From positions 32,001 to 96,000 of the forward strand of contig JALHMH010000006.1 of NCBI GenBank assembly GCA_022844165.1: a DNA stretch of 64,000 bases. Direction: 5' to 3'. Under the pieces are notes generated by a model, which saw only the letters and a list, made by a program, of their open reading frames with translations, made no database searches and was not told where the DNA came from. This document shows positions 16,213-27,300 of this stretch, piece after piece. The translations under genes were made by a program, and so were the position numbers. Numbering within the stretch: position 1 is the stretch's first letter; each line of letters starts with the position of its first letter. The stretch comes from Lysobacterales bacterium (lineage in GTDB: Bacteria > Pseudomonadota > Gammaproteobacteria > Xanthomonadales > SZUA-5).

Positions 16213-19002
16213 ATGATGCAACTTAGACGCAATCTATTGACCGTGGCGATCGCATCGGCAGTACTCATGGCGACCGGCAACGCGCACGCGCAGGACAATG
16301 CAGCCGGCGCCGACGCGGTCAACGAAACGCCTGCCCAGCGCCGCCAGCGCGAGGCAGAAGAACGCCGCGCAGCGCAGGAACTTGACGTCGTGCAAGTCAC
16401 TGGTATTCGCGGTGCGATCGAGAATTCCACGGCCATCAAGAGAGATCAAACATCGATTGTTGAGTCGATCTCCGCCGAAGATATCGGAAAACTGCCGGAC
16501 CAATCGATCGCCGAATCTATTGCTCGTTTGCCTGGGCTCTCCGCACAACGCGTGGCCGGTCGCGCGCAGGTGATCAGCGTTCGCGGGTTATCGCCGGATT
16601 TTGCGACCACCTTGTTAAATGGTCGGGAGCTGGTCAGCACCGGCGACAATCGCAGTGTCGAATTCGACCAATACCCGTCTGAGCTCTTTAGTGGCGTGAC
16701 CATCTATAAGACGCCGGATGCCGGCATAGTGGGCCAGGGATTGTCGGGCACCATTGACATGCGTACCGTCAGGCCCCTGGATTACAAGGATCCGGTGTTT
16801 GTGGTTGGTGTCCGTGGCCAGCGCAATTCCTTGGGCAGCGCGGCCGATGCCAGTGGCACGGGAAGTCGCGTCAACCTGAGCTACATCGGCCAATCGGAAA
16901 ATGGCAACTTCGGTTATGCATTAGGCATTTCGTATGCCGATACGCCAATTCAGGAAAACCAGGTGGGGTTGTATGAGCCGTGGCAGGCGATTGGTGCCGG
17001 TTGGCGCCCGGGCGTTCCAGCTGGCACGTTCTACTCGGACGGCATCAAAGCGTTGCGTCGTACTGGTTACACCGAACGTACGGGCCTGCTGGGAACGTTC
17101 CAATTGAATGCCACTGATACATGGACGAGCACGCTGGATGTTTTTTATTCGACAGCTGAACAAGAAGATACTGCCAATCAATTTGAAGTCAATCTCGGCG
17201 ATTACAATGGCGGTTTTGATCGCCTGAGCGTGACTAACCCGGTCATCAATCCCAACGGCACTTTTGTCGGTGGTACTGCGAACAACGTCTATCCGCTGGT
17301 TCGCGGCATGTACAACAAGCGCGACGACACCATCAAAGCGTTCGGCTGGACCAACGAGTTTACGCTCGACGATATTTTGCTGACGGCCGATATCAATTGG
17401 TCGAAAGCCGATCGAGATGAATTAAGTCTGGAGAGTAATACCCAAAGACGCGTTCCAACCCCGAGTCTCGACTCAATCGACCTGGTGTTTCGCAGCAACG
17501 GCTTTTCACAATTGACTCCGCGCCGAACGTACTCGAACCCGGCGGATTTATTTTTGGACAACACGATTTATGGTTCCGGTTACGGCAAGGTGCCGAGCGT
17601 GGAGGATGAGCTGACAGGCATTAAGCTGGCCGCCAATATGCCGGCCCCAGAATATTTCTCCATGCTGGCATCGCTTGATATCGGCGTTAATCGGGCTGAG
17701 CGCGACAAATCCAAGCGCCAGCCGGAGGGCCCTATCAACCTGGGCGCGCAAGGCCCGACGGCGATCGGCAGCGAGTTCCAGTTTCGGCCGGTTGATCTCG
17801 GTTTCGCGGGCTTGGGTACGATCCCGGCCTGGAACGTACCCGGTGCCGTCGCGCGCTATATGCGCTTCGAGCCGCGCGACGATCTGGACTTCCTGATTCC
17901 CAAAGCCTGGGACGTCAACGAGGTCATCACCTCGACTTGGCTGCGAGCAAATATCGACACGGTCTGGGGCGACATTCCGGTCCGCGGCAATGTGGGCGTT
18001 CAGGCGCAGCACGTCGACCAATCCTCTGAGGCCAATTACTTCGACCGAACGCGGCCGGTTGGACAGCAGATTCGACCCATTGGCGGCGGCAAGTCGTACA
18101 CCGACTTTTTGCCGAGTTTGAATTTGTCCTTCGAGATCGCCGAGAACCAGCAACTTCGCGTTGGGCTTGCACGCCAGGTCGCGCGTCCTCGGGTTGATCA
18201 GTTGCGCGCCTCACTGGAGTTTGGCGTCAATACGGCAACCGGCGAACCGGGCGGGGCTGGCGGCAATCCGCTGCTCGATCCGTGGTTGGCGAATGCGATC
18301 GACGTTTCGTGGGAGCGCTATTTCGAAGGCAATAAGGGCTATGTCGCGGCTGCCATCTTCCACAAGGACTTGCGCTCGTACATCTACACGCAAACTCTGG
18401 ACGGATATGACTTCCAGGATTTGCTGGTCGGATTTGTTCCGCAGCCCGGCACGCCGCCGGTGCGGCGCTTTGGCAATTTCACAGCGCCGGCCAATGGCGA
18501 AGGTGGCGGGCTAACCGGCCTTGAGCTGACAGCATCGATACCGCTGGAGATGATGAGCGCATCGCTGGAAGGCTTTGGCGTACTGGCGAACGCGAGCTTT
18601 TATAACAGCAGTATCACGGTCCGCGACCCCGAAAGTGCCTCCAGCGTTGGCGGTGGCGACATTGACCTGCCAGGGCTGTCGGATCGCGTGTTCAACCTGA
18701 CGGCCTATTATGAACGCGATGGCTTCGAGGCGCGCATCAGCCAACGTTACCGATCTGACTTCATTGGCGAGATCGGCAACTTCAATGGCAATCGAACCTT
18801 GCGCTACGTTGTCGGCGAGAGCATCACTGATGCGCAGGTGAGCTACGCGTTCAAGGGCGGGCTGGAAGGCCTGAGCGTATTGCTGCAAGCCAGCAATCTG
18901 ACGGACGAAGCGTATCGGACCTACGCCGGTTCGAAGGATCGGCCGCTCGAGTACATTGAGTGGGGCCGCACGTACTTGCTCGGCTTTAGCTATAAGCTCT
19001 AA
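16213..19002 (+). CDS. TonB-dependent receptor (probable carbohydrate/maltodextrin transporter)
   Basis: Signal peptide, TonB box region VVQVTGIRG, plug ESISAEDIGKLPD.SIAESIARLPG, C-terminal GRTYLLGFSYKL; RBS GGAGG. Confidence 0.92.
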   Translation: MMQLRRNLLTVAIASAVLMATGNAHAQDNAAGADAVNETPAQRRQREAEERRAAQELDVVQVTGIRGAIENSTAIKRDQTSIVESISAEDIGKLPDQSIAESIARLPGLSAQRVAGRAQVISVRGLSPDFATTLLNGRELVSTGDNRSVEFDQYPSELFSGVTIYKTPDAGIVGQGLSGTIDMRTVRPLDYKDPVFVVGVRGQRNSLGSAADASGTGSRVNLSYIGQSENGNFGYALGISYADTPIQENQVGLYEPWQAIGAGWRPGVPAGTFYSDGIKALRRTGYTERTGLLGTFQLNATDTWTSTLDVFYSTAEQEDTANQFEVNLGDYNGGFDRLSVTNPVINPNGTFVGGTANNVYPLVRGMYNKRDDTIKAFGWTNEFTLDDILLTADINWSKADRDELSLESNTQRRVPTPSLDSIDLVFRSNGFSQLTPRRTYSNPADLFLDNTIYGSGYGKVPSVEDELTGIKLAANMPAPEYFSMLASLDIGVNRAERDKSKRQPEGPINLGAQGPTAIGSEFQFRPVDLGFAGLGTIPAWNVPGAVARYMRFEPRDDLDFLIPKAWDVNEVITSTWLRANIDTVWGDIPVRGNVGVQAQHVDQSSEANYFDRTRPVGQQIRPIGGGKSYTDFLPSLNLSFEIAENQQLRVGLARQVARPRVDQLRASLEFGVNTATGEPGGAGGNPLLDPWLANAIDVSWERYFEGNKGYVAAAIFHKDLRSYIYTQTLDGYDFQDLLVGFVPQPGTPPVRRFGNFTAPANGEGGGLTGLELTASIPLEMMSASLEGFGVLANASFYNSSITVRDPESASSVGGGDIDLPGLSDRVFNLTAYYERDGFEARISQRYRSDFIGEIGNFNGNRTLRYVVGESITDAQVSYAFKGGLEGLSVLLQASNLTDEAYRTYAGSKDRPLEYIEWGRTYLLGFSYKL

Positions 19003-19440
19003 CGAGGCATCGCCTTAGACCGACGAGCATTGCTGGCTTCGTCCGACAGCGTGCTCGCCACAGCCCCGCGCTTGGAGTCTCGGTCAAGGCACGTTGTTGA
19101 GAAACGCACTTCCTGTGCGTTTCTCAAGTCGCGAGTCCGGCACATGTCCGGACTCGCTCTCCATGGATCAAACACTTACGTGCTCGATCCATGTGCGAAC
19201 CATCCATGGTTCGCGCCCGCAGGCTGTTTCTCAACAACCTGCCAGCAAGGCTTCGCCGCAACCCTGTCGAGTGTCGTGCGCTCGGATGCCGTCCCAGCGG
19301 CCCAGCCGCAGGTGGTTAGGCAGCTGGCAGCGCGTCAGCGCCTGCGCTCGCCTCGATTGACTCAAGGGGGCCGCAAAAGCCAAAGTCGCTCCGAAGACAC
19401 AGGCTCAAAGGCCAAGATCCGGCTGCATCAAGGCCTCTGG
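18999..19440. mobile_element. Two tandem MITE-like repeats (inverted relative to copy 1)
   Basis: 19000-19072 is the reverse complement of about 13743-13815; 19190-19245 matches about 13513-13570; a second unit (19242-19440) ends in the reverse complement of the 27300 terminus. Confidence 0.72.
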
Positions 19441-19674
19441 CCATCTGAAGCTGCCGATCGATAGGATTCACTTCTCGGGTTTGAGATCTCGTGCGCGCTA
19501 TGCTCTTCTTGATCGTGCAGACTTGCGACGGGTCAGGCTTCCCCGACTATTGTTAAACGTCCACAACGCGTGCCGCCATACCAGCACGTATGGCGATGTT
19601 CGCCGAACTTCGCGCCTTTACTTGAGCGACGGCAATGCGCAGACTACGGCGCCTTCACGGTGCGATGGGTCGTC

Positions 19675-20109
19675 ATGGCCAGGCTGCTGCTACTGAACGG
19701 CCCGAATCTGAATCTGCTCGGTACGCGCGAACCGGAGATCTATGGTCGCGCTTCTTTGGCGGAGATCGAAGCGGAATTGCGCGCGATGGCTCAAGTTGCA
19801 GGCCATCAGCTCGATTGCCTGCAATCGAATGCCGAACATGTGTTGATCGATCGTCTGCATTTGGCTCGCGGCGACGGAACGCGTTTCGTATTGATCAATC
19901 CCGGTGCATTGACCCACACCAGTATTGCGCTGCGTGACGCGTTCGCCGCAGTCGCCTTGCCGTTCATCGAGTTGCACTTGAGTAATGTGCACGCGCGCGA
20001 AGCGTTTCGCCACCGCTCCTTTCTCTCGGATCTCGCCGTCGGCGTGATCACTGGATTGGGCATCGATAGTTATCGTCTTGCGCTGCGTGCAGCGCTTGCG
20101 CGTCTTTGA
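19675..20109 (+). CDS. aroQ: Type II 3-dehydroquinate dehydratase
   Basis: [49 protein letters not shown]. Confidence 0.97.
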   Translation: MARLLLLNGPNLNLLGTREPEIYGRASLAEIEAELRAMAQVAGHQLDCLQSNAEHVLIDRLHLARGDGTRFVLINPGALTHTSIALRDAFAAVALPFIELHLSNVHAREAFRHRSFLSDLAVGVITGLGIDSYRLALRAALARL

Positions 20110-20122
20110 CAAGGAAACACCC

Positions 20123-20599
20123 ATGGCTATGGACATCCGCAAGATCAAGAAACTGATCGAGCTGTTAGAAGAATCGAATCTCGCTGAACTCGAGATTCGT
20201 GAGGGCGAAGAAACCGTACGCTTATCGCGCTGGCCGAAAAACATCCCCATGCCGAGCGCGGCGCCAACGCTGATTCCCGTGGGTACGCCGACGGTGGCGC
20301 CGGCGGCAATGACCGCGCCCGCCTCGCCGCATGCGCCAGTTGCCCCAGCTGACCTGGCGCACGATGGCACCGTGGTTCGTTCGCCCATGGTGGGTACGTA
20401 CTACGCCGCGTCAGCACCGAACGCGCCACCATTCATCAAAGTGGGTCAGCAAATCAAGGTGGGCGATACCCTCGGCATCATCGAGGCGATGAAGATGTTC
20501 AATCCGATCGAAAGCGACGTCGCAGGCACCATCGTCAAGATCCTGGTTCAGAACGGACAACCCGTCGAATTCGACGAACCTCTGCTCGTGGTGCAATGA
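20123..20599 (+). CDS. accB: Acetyl-CoA carboxylase biotin carboxyl carrier protein
   Basis: [23 protein letters not shown] biotinylation motif. Confidence 0.97.
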   Translation: MAMDIRKIKKLIELLEESNLAELEIREGEETVRLSRWPKNIPMPSAAPTLIPVGTPTVAPAAMTAPASPHAPVAPADLAHDGTVVRSPMVGTYYAASAPNAPPFIKVGQQIKVGDTLGIIEAMKMFNPIESDVAGTIVKILVQNGQPVEFDEPLLVVQ

Positions 20600-21951
20600 T
20601 GATCGAAAAAATCGTCATCGCGAACCGCGGCGAAATTGCGCTGCGTGTGTTGCGGGCCTGTCAGGCGCTTGGTATTCGCACGGTCGCTGTGCATTCCACT
20701 GTCGATCGCAATCTTAAGCACGTGGCGATGGCGGACGAGTCGGTTTGCATTGGACCGGCGGCGCCAAAGGACAGTTATCTCAATGTGCCGGCGCTGATCG
20801 CGGCGGCGGAGGTCACCGATGCGCAGGCGATCCATCCAGGGTATGGGTTTTTGAGCGAAAACGCAGACTTCGCCGAGCGCGTGGAAGAGTCCGGGTTCAT
20901 CTTCATCGGCCCGAAACCGGAGACGATTCGCCTCATGGGCGACAAAGTGTCGGCGATCACTGCGATGCGTGAAGCCGGCGTGCCATGCGTGCCCGGATCG
21001 GGCGCTCCGCTGGGCGACGATGCGATCGAGAACGCCCGTATCGCCAAAGACATCGGCTATCCGGTCATTATCAAAGCGGCGGGCGGCGGCGGTGGTCGCG
21101 GCATGCGCGTGGTGCACACCGAAATGGCGCTGATGAATGCAGTGGCGATGACGCGCGCCGAAGCGGCCAGTGCTTTTGGCAACGATCAGGTGTATTTGGA
21201 AAAGTACCTGGAAAATCCGCGCCATATCGAAATTCAGGTGCTCGCCGATACGCACGGCAACGCCATCCACCTGGGCGAGCGCGATTGTTCGATGCAACGC
21301 CGCCATCAGAAGGTCATCGAAGAATCGCCGGCGCCTGGGCTGACCCCCAAACAGCGCGCCGAGATCGGCGAAGTTTGTGTCGCCGCTTGTCAACGGATCG
21401 GTTATCGAGGCGCAGGCACATTCGAGTTCTTGTATGAACGCGGGCGTTTCTACTTCATCGAAATGAACACCCGCATCCAGGTCGAACATCCGGTGACCGA
21501 ACTGGTGACGGGTGTGGATCTGGTGACGGAACAAATCCGCATCGCTTCGGGGGAGAAGTTGCGCTACGAACAATCCGATATCGTGATGCGCGGCCATTCC
21601 ATCGAATGCCGCATCAACGCCGAAGACCCGAATACCTTTACGCCTTCGCCCGGTACCGTGACGCGCTACCACCCGCCGGGCGGCCCGGGCATTCGAATGG
21701 ACACGCACCTTTACGATGGCTACAAAGTGCCGCCGAACTACGATGCGATGATCGCCAAACTCATCAGCCACGGTCCGGACCGTGCCACTGCGATTGCGCG
21801 CATGCGCGTGGCGCTGAGCGAGCTGGTCATCGACGGGGTCAAGACCAACATCCCGTTGCAACAGCAGAACATGCTCGACCAGATGTTCCAGGTCGGCGGC
21901 TTCAACATTCACTACCTGGAACGTCGACTCGCAGAAGCGCGCAAGGGGTGA
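20596..21951 (+). CDS. accC: Acetyl-CoA carboxylase biotin carboxylase
   Basis: [54 protein letters not shown]. Confidence 0.98.
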   Translation: MMIEKIVIANRGEIALRVLRACQALGIRTVAVHSTVDRNLKHVAMADESVCIGPAAPKDSYLNVPALIAAAEVTDAQAIHPGYGFLSENADFAERVEESGFIFIGPKPETIRLMGDKVSAITAMREAGVPCVPGSGAPLGDDAIENARIAKDIGYPVIIKAAGGGGGRGMRVVHTEMALMNAVAMTRAEAASAFGNDQVYLEKYLENPRHIEIQVLADTHGNAIHLGERDCSMQRRHQKVIEESPAPGLTPKQRAEIGEVCVAACQRIGYRGAGTFEFLYERGRFYFIEMNTRIQVEHPVTELVTGVDLVTEQIRIASGEKLRYEQSDIVMRGHSIECRINAEDPNTFTPSPGTVTRYHPPGGPGIRMDTHLYDGYKVPPNYDAMIAKLISHGPDRATAIARMRVALSELVIDGVKTNIPLQQQNMLDQMFQVGGFNIHYLERRLAEARKG

Positions 21952-22034
21952 GAGCCGGCGGCTTGCGCGGCATGCGGCGCGCCGGCTCGAACGCCCGCAA
22001 CTTGTTGCGGGCCGGGGCGGCGTCTGCGCGGCTG

Positions 22035-23657
22035 TCAATTCGGCGCGTGCACCGTGCCTCCGCCATCTGGGTGGACGCGCTGCGCGACCCGTGGATCGAT
22101 CGACTGACCACCAATCAGCTGGCTGTAGTCGATGTTCTTGGCGCTGAAGCGCTGCGGCAGCGCGCCTGGAAAGGGTGTGGCCGAAGCGCCGACGCCGTAG
22201 GGGTTGGTGTACCACACCGGCGGTCCACCCGCATTGCGCAACACGCCGGGCTGGAAGTACATGCCGCGGTTGAGCCCGCGAAAACCCGAGCGCGGATCGT
22301 TCCAATCGATGCCGGCGATCTGCCCAAAGTTCGTGGACCAGTCGCAAGGTCCCCCACGGCTCCGACGGTTCTGCGCCGATAACGAGAGGTCGTAACACAG
22401 ATCCATCGAATAGCCCAAGTTGGTTCCGGCCAGTTCTGGGCGCACCGTGTCATAACCGCGCAGCGCTTTGAGCGCCTCGGGATAGAAATAACGCGCTGCA
22501 TCTTGCACATCAAACAGGAGATTGATGCCCTCGACCAGCGCCTGCGGCGCGTTGCCGCGAACGCTCAAGCTTGCCGGCCACGCTTCGTAGAAATTGCCCG
22601 ACCATTGCCCAGGCGGAACCAGAAAGCCGATCTCCACGCATTGCCGCGTGATGATCTCGCGATCACCGGCCCCATCCGGGTAGTGCGGCGAAAACGCACT
22701 GTGCCCGACTTGGACAAAATCCTGTGGATCGCCGCGACGCGGCACGTTGCACATTGGCATGAAACTGGTGAACCCGGCAGCGCGGCCAAACGGTTGTAGC
22801 TGAGTCGTTGCGATCTTGCTGTTCTGCGGGTGGCTGTCGGGGCAGGTCGACAGGTCGTTGGGATTCGTGCATGCCGCCAGATCGCTGACGTGGCGGCAGT
22901 CGCTCAGATACATCACTTCATGCAAGTTGTGGCGGAACGCATCGGGCGTGCTGGTGCCCTGATGCGCTTTAGCCAGGAAAAAACAGCGCATGCCGGTATC
23001 GGCCGCAACTACGCCATTGCCGAGCCGACCGATCCACACGCCGCCGTTGGGCGCCGTGCTCATGTTGTGCGTGGCGATATCGGGCTCGCCGTTCGCCCAC
23101 TCGACCTTGTGGCCGACGTGATCCTCGTGGCGCATCGTCGGAATCTGGTTGGCCGCAAACCAAACGTCTGCCTGTTCGTTGGCGTATGCAAAGGGCAGCC
23201 CAGCGAGCGCTTCTTCGGCGGGATCCATCTGGTCATTGCCATTCGCATCCCAGAAATAGGCCCGTTGAATCTGTTTGGTTTTCCACAACTGCGACAGCTT
23301 CGGATCGCGACCGTGTTCGTGGCCAAAGGTACAGCTCTGCCCCGTGGCCGGATCGATCACCACCGGTGGATGCCAGGTGGGGTAGCGTTTGCCATCCGGA
23401 GCGACCACGAAAAAACTGTCGTGCAATTCGCGTGAGCAGGTGTCGTGAACCGGATGGGGGTTCCACAGCCCCATCGCATGGCTGTCCGGGGCGCCTTCGA
23501 CCAACTCGAAGCCGGCGCCGAATAGCCGGTCGCTGTTAGCGATTGCCTTGCGTTGCGACGGCGTACAACTGGCCGCTTCGATCGCCGCGATCTGTGGCGA
23601 TCGACCTGACCACGCGCCGATCGCAGCAGCACAAACGACAAGGGCGACACGCAACAT
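22035..23657 (-). CDS. Secreted hypothetical protein, His/Cys-rich
   Basis: N-terminal signal-like segment MLRVALVVCAAAIG; natural-looking composition; YPTWHP..CTFGHEHG motif. Confidence 0.7.
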   Translation of the reverse strand: MLRVALVVCAAAIGAWSGRSPQIAAIEAASCTPSQRKAIANSDRLFGAGFELVEGAPDSHAMGLWNPHPVHDTCSRELHDSFFVVAPDGKRYPTWHPPVVIDPATGQSCTFGHEHGRDPKLSQLWKTKQIQRAYFWDANGNDQMDPAEEALAGLPFAYANEQADVWFAANQIPTMRHEDHVGHKVEWANGEPDIATHNMSTAPNGGVWIGRLGNGVVAADTGMRCFFLAKAHQGTSTPDAFRHNLHEVMYLSDCRHVSDLAACTNPNDLSTCPDSHPQNSKIATTQLQPFGRAAGFTSFMPMCNVPRRGDPQDFVQVGHSAFSPHYPDGAGDREIITRQCVEIGFLVPPGQWSGNFYEAWPASLSVRGNAPQALVEGINLLFDVQDAARYFYPEALKALRGYDTVRPELAGTNLGYSMDLCYDLSLSAQNRRSRGGPCDWSTNFGQIAGIDWNDPRSGFRGLNRGMYFQPGVLRNAGGPPVWYTNPYGVGASATPFPGALPQRFSAKNIDYSQLIGGQSIDPRVAQRVHPDGGGTVHAPN

Positions 23658-23704
23658 GGCAAACTCCAGAGTCTTCGCCGCATCCAGTTTAGACGACGAG
23701 AGCC

Positions 23705-24343
23705 TTAACTTTCGTGGCGGTCGTCGCGCATTCCGGCCAAGACCAGATAGCGGCGGTGCGCAAGCGCTACGGCGGTTTGCAGGGCGTCCAACCCGGCGCG
23801 GTTGACGATCACGTCGTCGGCAGCCGTCAGCCGCTGCGCGCGGGTGACCTGCGCTGCGATCATCGCGCGCGCCAGCGTCGCATCGATCCCGTCGCGTGCG
23901 GTCAGCCGCTGCATTTGGCGATCGACATCGACATCGACATCGACGACGAGCACGCGCTCTACCCAATCGAACTGGCCGGATTCGACGAGAAGTGGCACGA
24001 CCAAGACCGCATACGGGCCAGCCGCTTTTGCTAGTCGCGCCACGGCCAGTCCACGAATTCGCGGGTGCAGAATGGCATTCAGGCGTTCGCGTTCGGCGGG
24101 TGCATCGAACACCCGCTGCCGCAGCGCTCGGCGATCGAGTGCGCCAGCGTCATCCAACACCCCTGGCCCGAACGCAGCTACCACGGCCGCCAGCCCATCG
24201 CTACCCGGCAACACCACTTCGCGCGCCAGCACGTCGGTGTCGACAATCGCCGCGCCAAGCTTGCCGAGCGCGTCGGACACGGCGGACTTGCCAGATGCGA
24301 TTCCGCCGGTGAGCGCTACGGTAAAGGGAAGCGTCTGGCGCAT
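23705..24343 (-). CDS. coaE: Dephospho-CoA kinase
   Basis: VALTGGIASGKS, DTDVLAREVV, LNAILHPRI, VPLLVE, ADDVIVN. Confidence 0.95.
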   Translation of the reverse strand: MRQTLPFTVALTGGIASGKSAVSDALGKLGAAIVDTDVLAREVVLPGSDGLAAVVAAFGPGVLDDAGALDRRALRQRVFDAPAERERLNAILHPRIRGLAVARLAKAAGPYAVLVVPLLVESGQFDWVERVLVVDVDVDVDRQMQRLTARDGIDATLARAMIAAQVTRAQRLTAADDVIVNRAGLDALQTAVALAHRRYLVLAGMRDDRHES

Positions 24344-24489
24344 GACGGCTCCGCAATCGAGTGTGAGGCCCACATGATCGAGCGCCGGTGCAAGAGACGC
24401 AACGCCGGCACTCCAATCTCCAGAGCCATCGTCAGGTGACCCAGCTACAATTGGCCCCACCCGCAGCTGCGAGAACACTTGCCGTGTCC

Positions 24490-25017
24490 ATGCGAAACCC
24501 GCTCCAGGAACAGTTGCTCAAGGCCGGGCTCGCGAAGAAGCAACAGGTCGATGCAGCCGCACGTGCGCAAGAGCGCCAACGCGACGGCAAGGCACCGGCC
24601 GCCGACAAAATCGATGCCGATAAGCTGCTTGCCGAACGCGCCGAGCGCGATCGGGCACTGGCCGCGGAGCGCAACGCCAAAGCACGCGAGCAGGAATTGC
24701 GCGCACAGATATTACAGATCATCGAAACGCACAAAGTCGCAATCAAAGGCGACTTGCCGTACCGCTTCCCCCATGGCGGCAAGATTCGCGAAATTCTGGT
24801 CGACGAACGCCTGCGCAAACAACTGGCCAGCGGTGCGCTGGTCGTCGTGGAACACGACTCGGGTTATGCACTGCTGCCACGCAACGCCGCCGATATGATC
24901 TACGAGCGCGGCGGCATCGCGGTACTCGACCACGGCAGGTCGCCTTCGAACACCCAGAATGCCGAGGACGACGAGTACTACAAGCGGTTCGTCGTGCCTG
25001 ACGACTTGATCTGGTAG
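24490..25017 (+). CDS. DUF2058 (YaiL-like) protein
   Basis: MRNPLQEQLLKAGL N-terminus and F.VPDDLIW C-terminus. Confidence 0.88.
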   Translation: MRNPLQEQLLKAGLAKKQQVDAAARAQERQRDGKAPAADKIDADKLLAERAERDRALAAERNAKAREQELRAQILQIIETHKVAIKGDLPYRFPHGGKIREILVDERLRKQLASGALVVVEHDSGYALLPRNAADMIYERGGIAVLDHGRSPSNTQNAEDDEYYKRFVVPDDLIW

Positions 25018-25071
25018 CGTGCGGTTGCCGTGCGAGCCAGGGGACGACGCGCAGCAAATTGGCGGACGGGC

Positions 25072-26025
25072 TCACATCACTTTGGCACGGTATTTTTTGT
25101 AGATCGGCAGTTCGTCGCCGAAGTACCCCCAGGGGACCCCCGCAACATACCCCTCGGTCAACGAAAAAGCCTGTTCTGCCCGTTTGACGTTCTTCGCCAG
25201 CACGAATTGAAAGGCGAAGACGTTTGCGCCCTGGCGTAACGCTGTACGATCAGTACCTTCGCAAAATTTCGCGAAAGCCTCTTCGACTTCTACTCGGACC
25301 TGCGGTCGATTCGCATAGTTGACCCGATCGTGCGCTTTATCCATGAAAATCGTCGCCTCGATATGAGCGAGCGGAATGAGAACCTGCAGCGCTGGCGAGC
25401 GTGGCGCGGATTGGCGAGCAAACGCGAACATCGCCTCGTCGCTTCCACCCCACTTCGCACAAAGAGAGTTCAACATCAATCGGTGTGCGCTGATGAGAGT
25501 AGGGGCCAAAGCGATGGCGTGCTCGAAAGTCGCACGTTTGTGGTCTTCTTTGGCTTGTTGACCCATCAAGACCCGTATCGACAAGGCCGAAGGCAAGGCG
25601 CTACCCGGATCCAGACGCTGAGCCTCGTCGAGGTCGGTTTCAGCAAGCGCCAGACGCCGAAAAAACTCCCGGAATTTTGCGGCGCCCACCTGATCAGCGC
25701 AGCCGCTGCCCCTCGCTTGCCAGGCCCAATGCGTGGAGTGAGCGCCCCGCACCAAACGCGCCAGCGCGGAACGGGGCCTTTGCAAAACCCAATGGTCGAG
25801 CCATTCGGGACGACCCTCCCAGTCGCTGCAGGCCTGGATCCAGTGGTCGAGTGTCTGCATATCGGGCGCCTGGGCCAACTGACGCTCGGCCGTTTCGAAG
25901 TCGCTCGCCGAGAGCGCAGCGCGAATCGAGGCCGCTTTGGAATCTCCCCATGTGATGTCGATCCTCGCCAATGGAAGTCGCTTCTTCAGCAGGATGGAAA
26001 AAAGCCACTCAACGAGTCCCAGCAT
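25072..26025 (-). CDS. DUF4034-like helical protein
   Basis: WAWQARGSG.A..V....F..F and KWGGS..AM..FAR motifs. Confidence 0.7.
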   Translation of the reverse strand: MLGLVEWLFSILLKKRLPLARIDITWGDSKAASIRAALSASDFETAERQLAQAPDMQTLDHWIQACSDWEGRPEWLDHWVLQRPRSALARLVRGAHSTHWAWQARGSGCADQVGAAKFREFFRRLALAETDLDEAQRLDPGSALPSALSIRVLMGQQAKEDHKRATFEHAIALAPTLISAHRLMLNSLCAKWGGSDEAMFAFARQSAPRSPALQVLIPLAHIEATIFMDKAHDRVNYANRPQVRVEVEEAFAKFCEGTDRTALRQGANVFAFQFVLAKNVKRAEQAFSLTEGYVAGVPWGYFGDELPIYKKYRAKVM

Positions 26026-26121
26026 CGTGCGCTCCGATTCGATCTGCTGCCTGATCCGCAGAATACCGGTGCCGCGTTGGGTGCGGCCCATTGCGAAAGC
26101 TGGATTGAGTTCTGCGCAGGG

Positions 26122-27300
26122 TCATTGCCGGCCCGATGTATCGCTGGCATTGAGGCGGTGCCTGAGCAATTCGAGTTCTTCATCGAGCATCGCGCGACTG
26201 GCGGCGTCGAAGGTGTGTCTGCGCAAATGATCGGCAACATTCCACTCGGTGCGCGCCGTTGCGGCATCACCGCGGTCCAAAGCAATCGCGGCGCGTAAGG
26301 TTGCGCATTGCGCAGTCATGTCGACCAAACCGCCCTGGCACTGCTGCAACCAGGCGGTAGCCAGGTCGAGCTCGCCCAACGCTTCGTGTGCCCAGCATGC
26401 GATCAATTGCGCACTGAACTGGCGCACGCCATCGGGGTTGGTCCAAAAGGCGGTTGCCAGGCGTGCCGCCGCATCGTGGGCTGCGGTATTGGCGTAGTCC
26501 TTGCGATCGAGCGCCTGGGCCAGTTGGCAGCGCGCAAATGCATCGCCGAGATGGGCGGGGAGTGTGGTTAGATCCAGATCCAATTCACGGGCCATGGGCC
26601 AATCCCGCGGGCGGACGCCGAGCATCGCCAGGCCCGCCATTCGGTTGAGTTGCATGATGGCTTTGGTTTCATCGCTGTTGTGCCATAACTTGAGCAGCTG
26701 GCGGCCGTCGGTACTCCATCCGCCGGAGACGAACGGTACAAGGTTGACCAGACCTAGGAACACGCCCGAGCCAAACACGGCGATGCCGATTGCAGCGGTA
26801 CTCCCGCTTGCATTGAACGCAAATGGCGCGGCAATTGCCGCAATCGCCAGATTCATCAGCGGACCACCGAACAGATAAATCGCGCTCTGTCGCACGGATT
26901 GTTCGCCATTGGGCGGCAACAAAATGGCGAACCCCCCGATACCCTGTATCGCCCGCGTCCAACGGAAGTGCCAGCGATCCGCACCGCGCTGCAATCGGAT
27001 CGGGCCCACACCAAGCGCAATTGGACGTAGACCCACGGCGATGCCAGCCAGCGCATGCCCCGCCTCGTGCAGAACAACCTGCAACCAGAACACCACGAGA
27101 AATCCAACAACAATCGATACCGCGACCAGCAGTCCATGGCCTTGCAGCGAGTGCACGGCAAAGTAGCCGACAGCCCCGCCGACCAGGCAACTGATCAAGG
27201 TCAGCACCACGCCAGGCAGGCGTTGATGGGGAGATTCGGCAGGCTTGGCCGGAATTGCCAGAGTGGCGGCGCCGATTCTGCGCTGATCTTCGTCGGACAT
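26122..27300 (-). CDS. M50-family (site-2) membrane metallopeptidase
   Basis: HEAGH zinc motif in a TM segment, GGPLMN, NLVP..TDG. Confidence 0.85.
   Translation of the reverse strand: MSDEDQRRIGAATLAIPAKPAESPHQRLPGVVLTLISCLVGGAVGYFAVHSLQGHGLLVAVSIVVGFLVVFWLQVVLHEAGHALAGIAVGLRPIALGVGPIRLQRGADRWHFRWTRAIQGIGGFAILLPPNGEQSVRQSAIYLFGGPLMNLAIAAIAAPFAFNASGSTAAIGIAVFGSGVFLGLVNLVPFVSGGWSTDGRQLLKLWHNSDETKAIMQLNRMAGLAMLGVRPRDWPMARELDLDLTTLPAHLGDAFARCQLAQALDRKDYANTAAHDAAARLATAFWTNPDGVRQFSAQLIACWAHEALGELDLATAWLQQCQGGLVDMTAQCATLRAAIALDRGDAATARTEWNVADHLRRHTFDAASRAMLDEELELLRHRLNASDTSGRQ

Noticed and set aside
13513-19440. Repeats as a CRISPR array or tRNA/riboswitch
   Set aside because: The copies are dispersed, with no regular repeat-spacer period, no cas genes and no cloverleaf; the short ORFs inside them (MLASSDSVLATAPR..) are by-products of the repeat.
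20548-22398. 616-aa minus-strand ORF
   Set aside because: Antisense shadow of accC.
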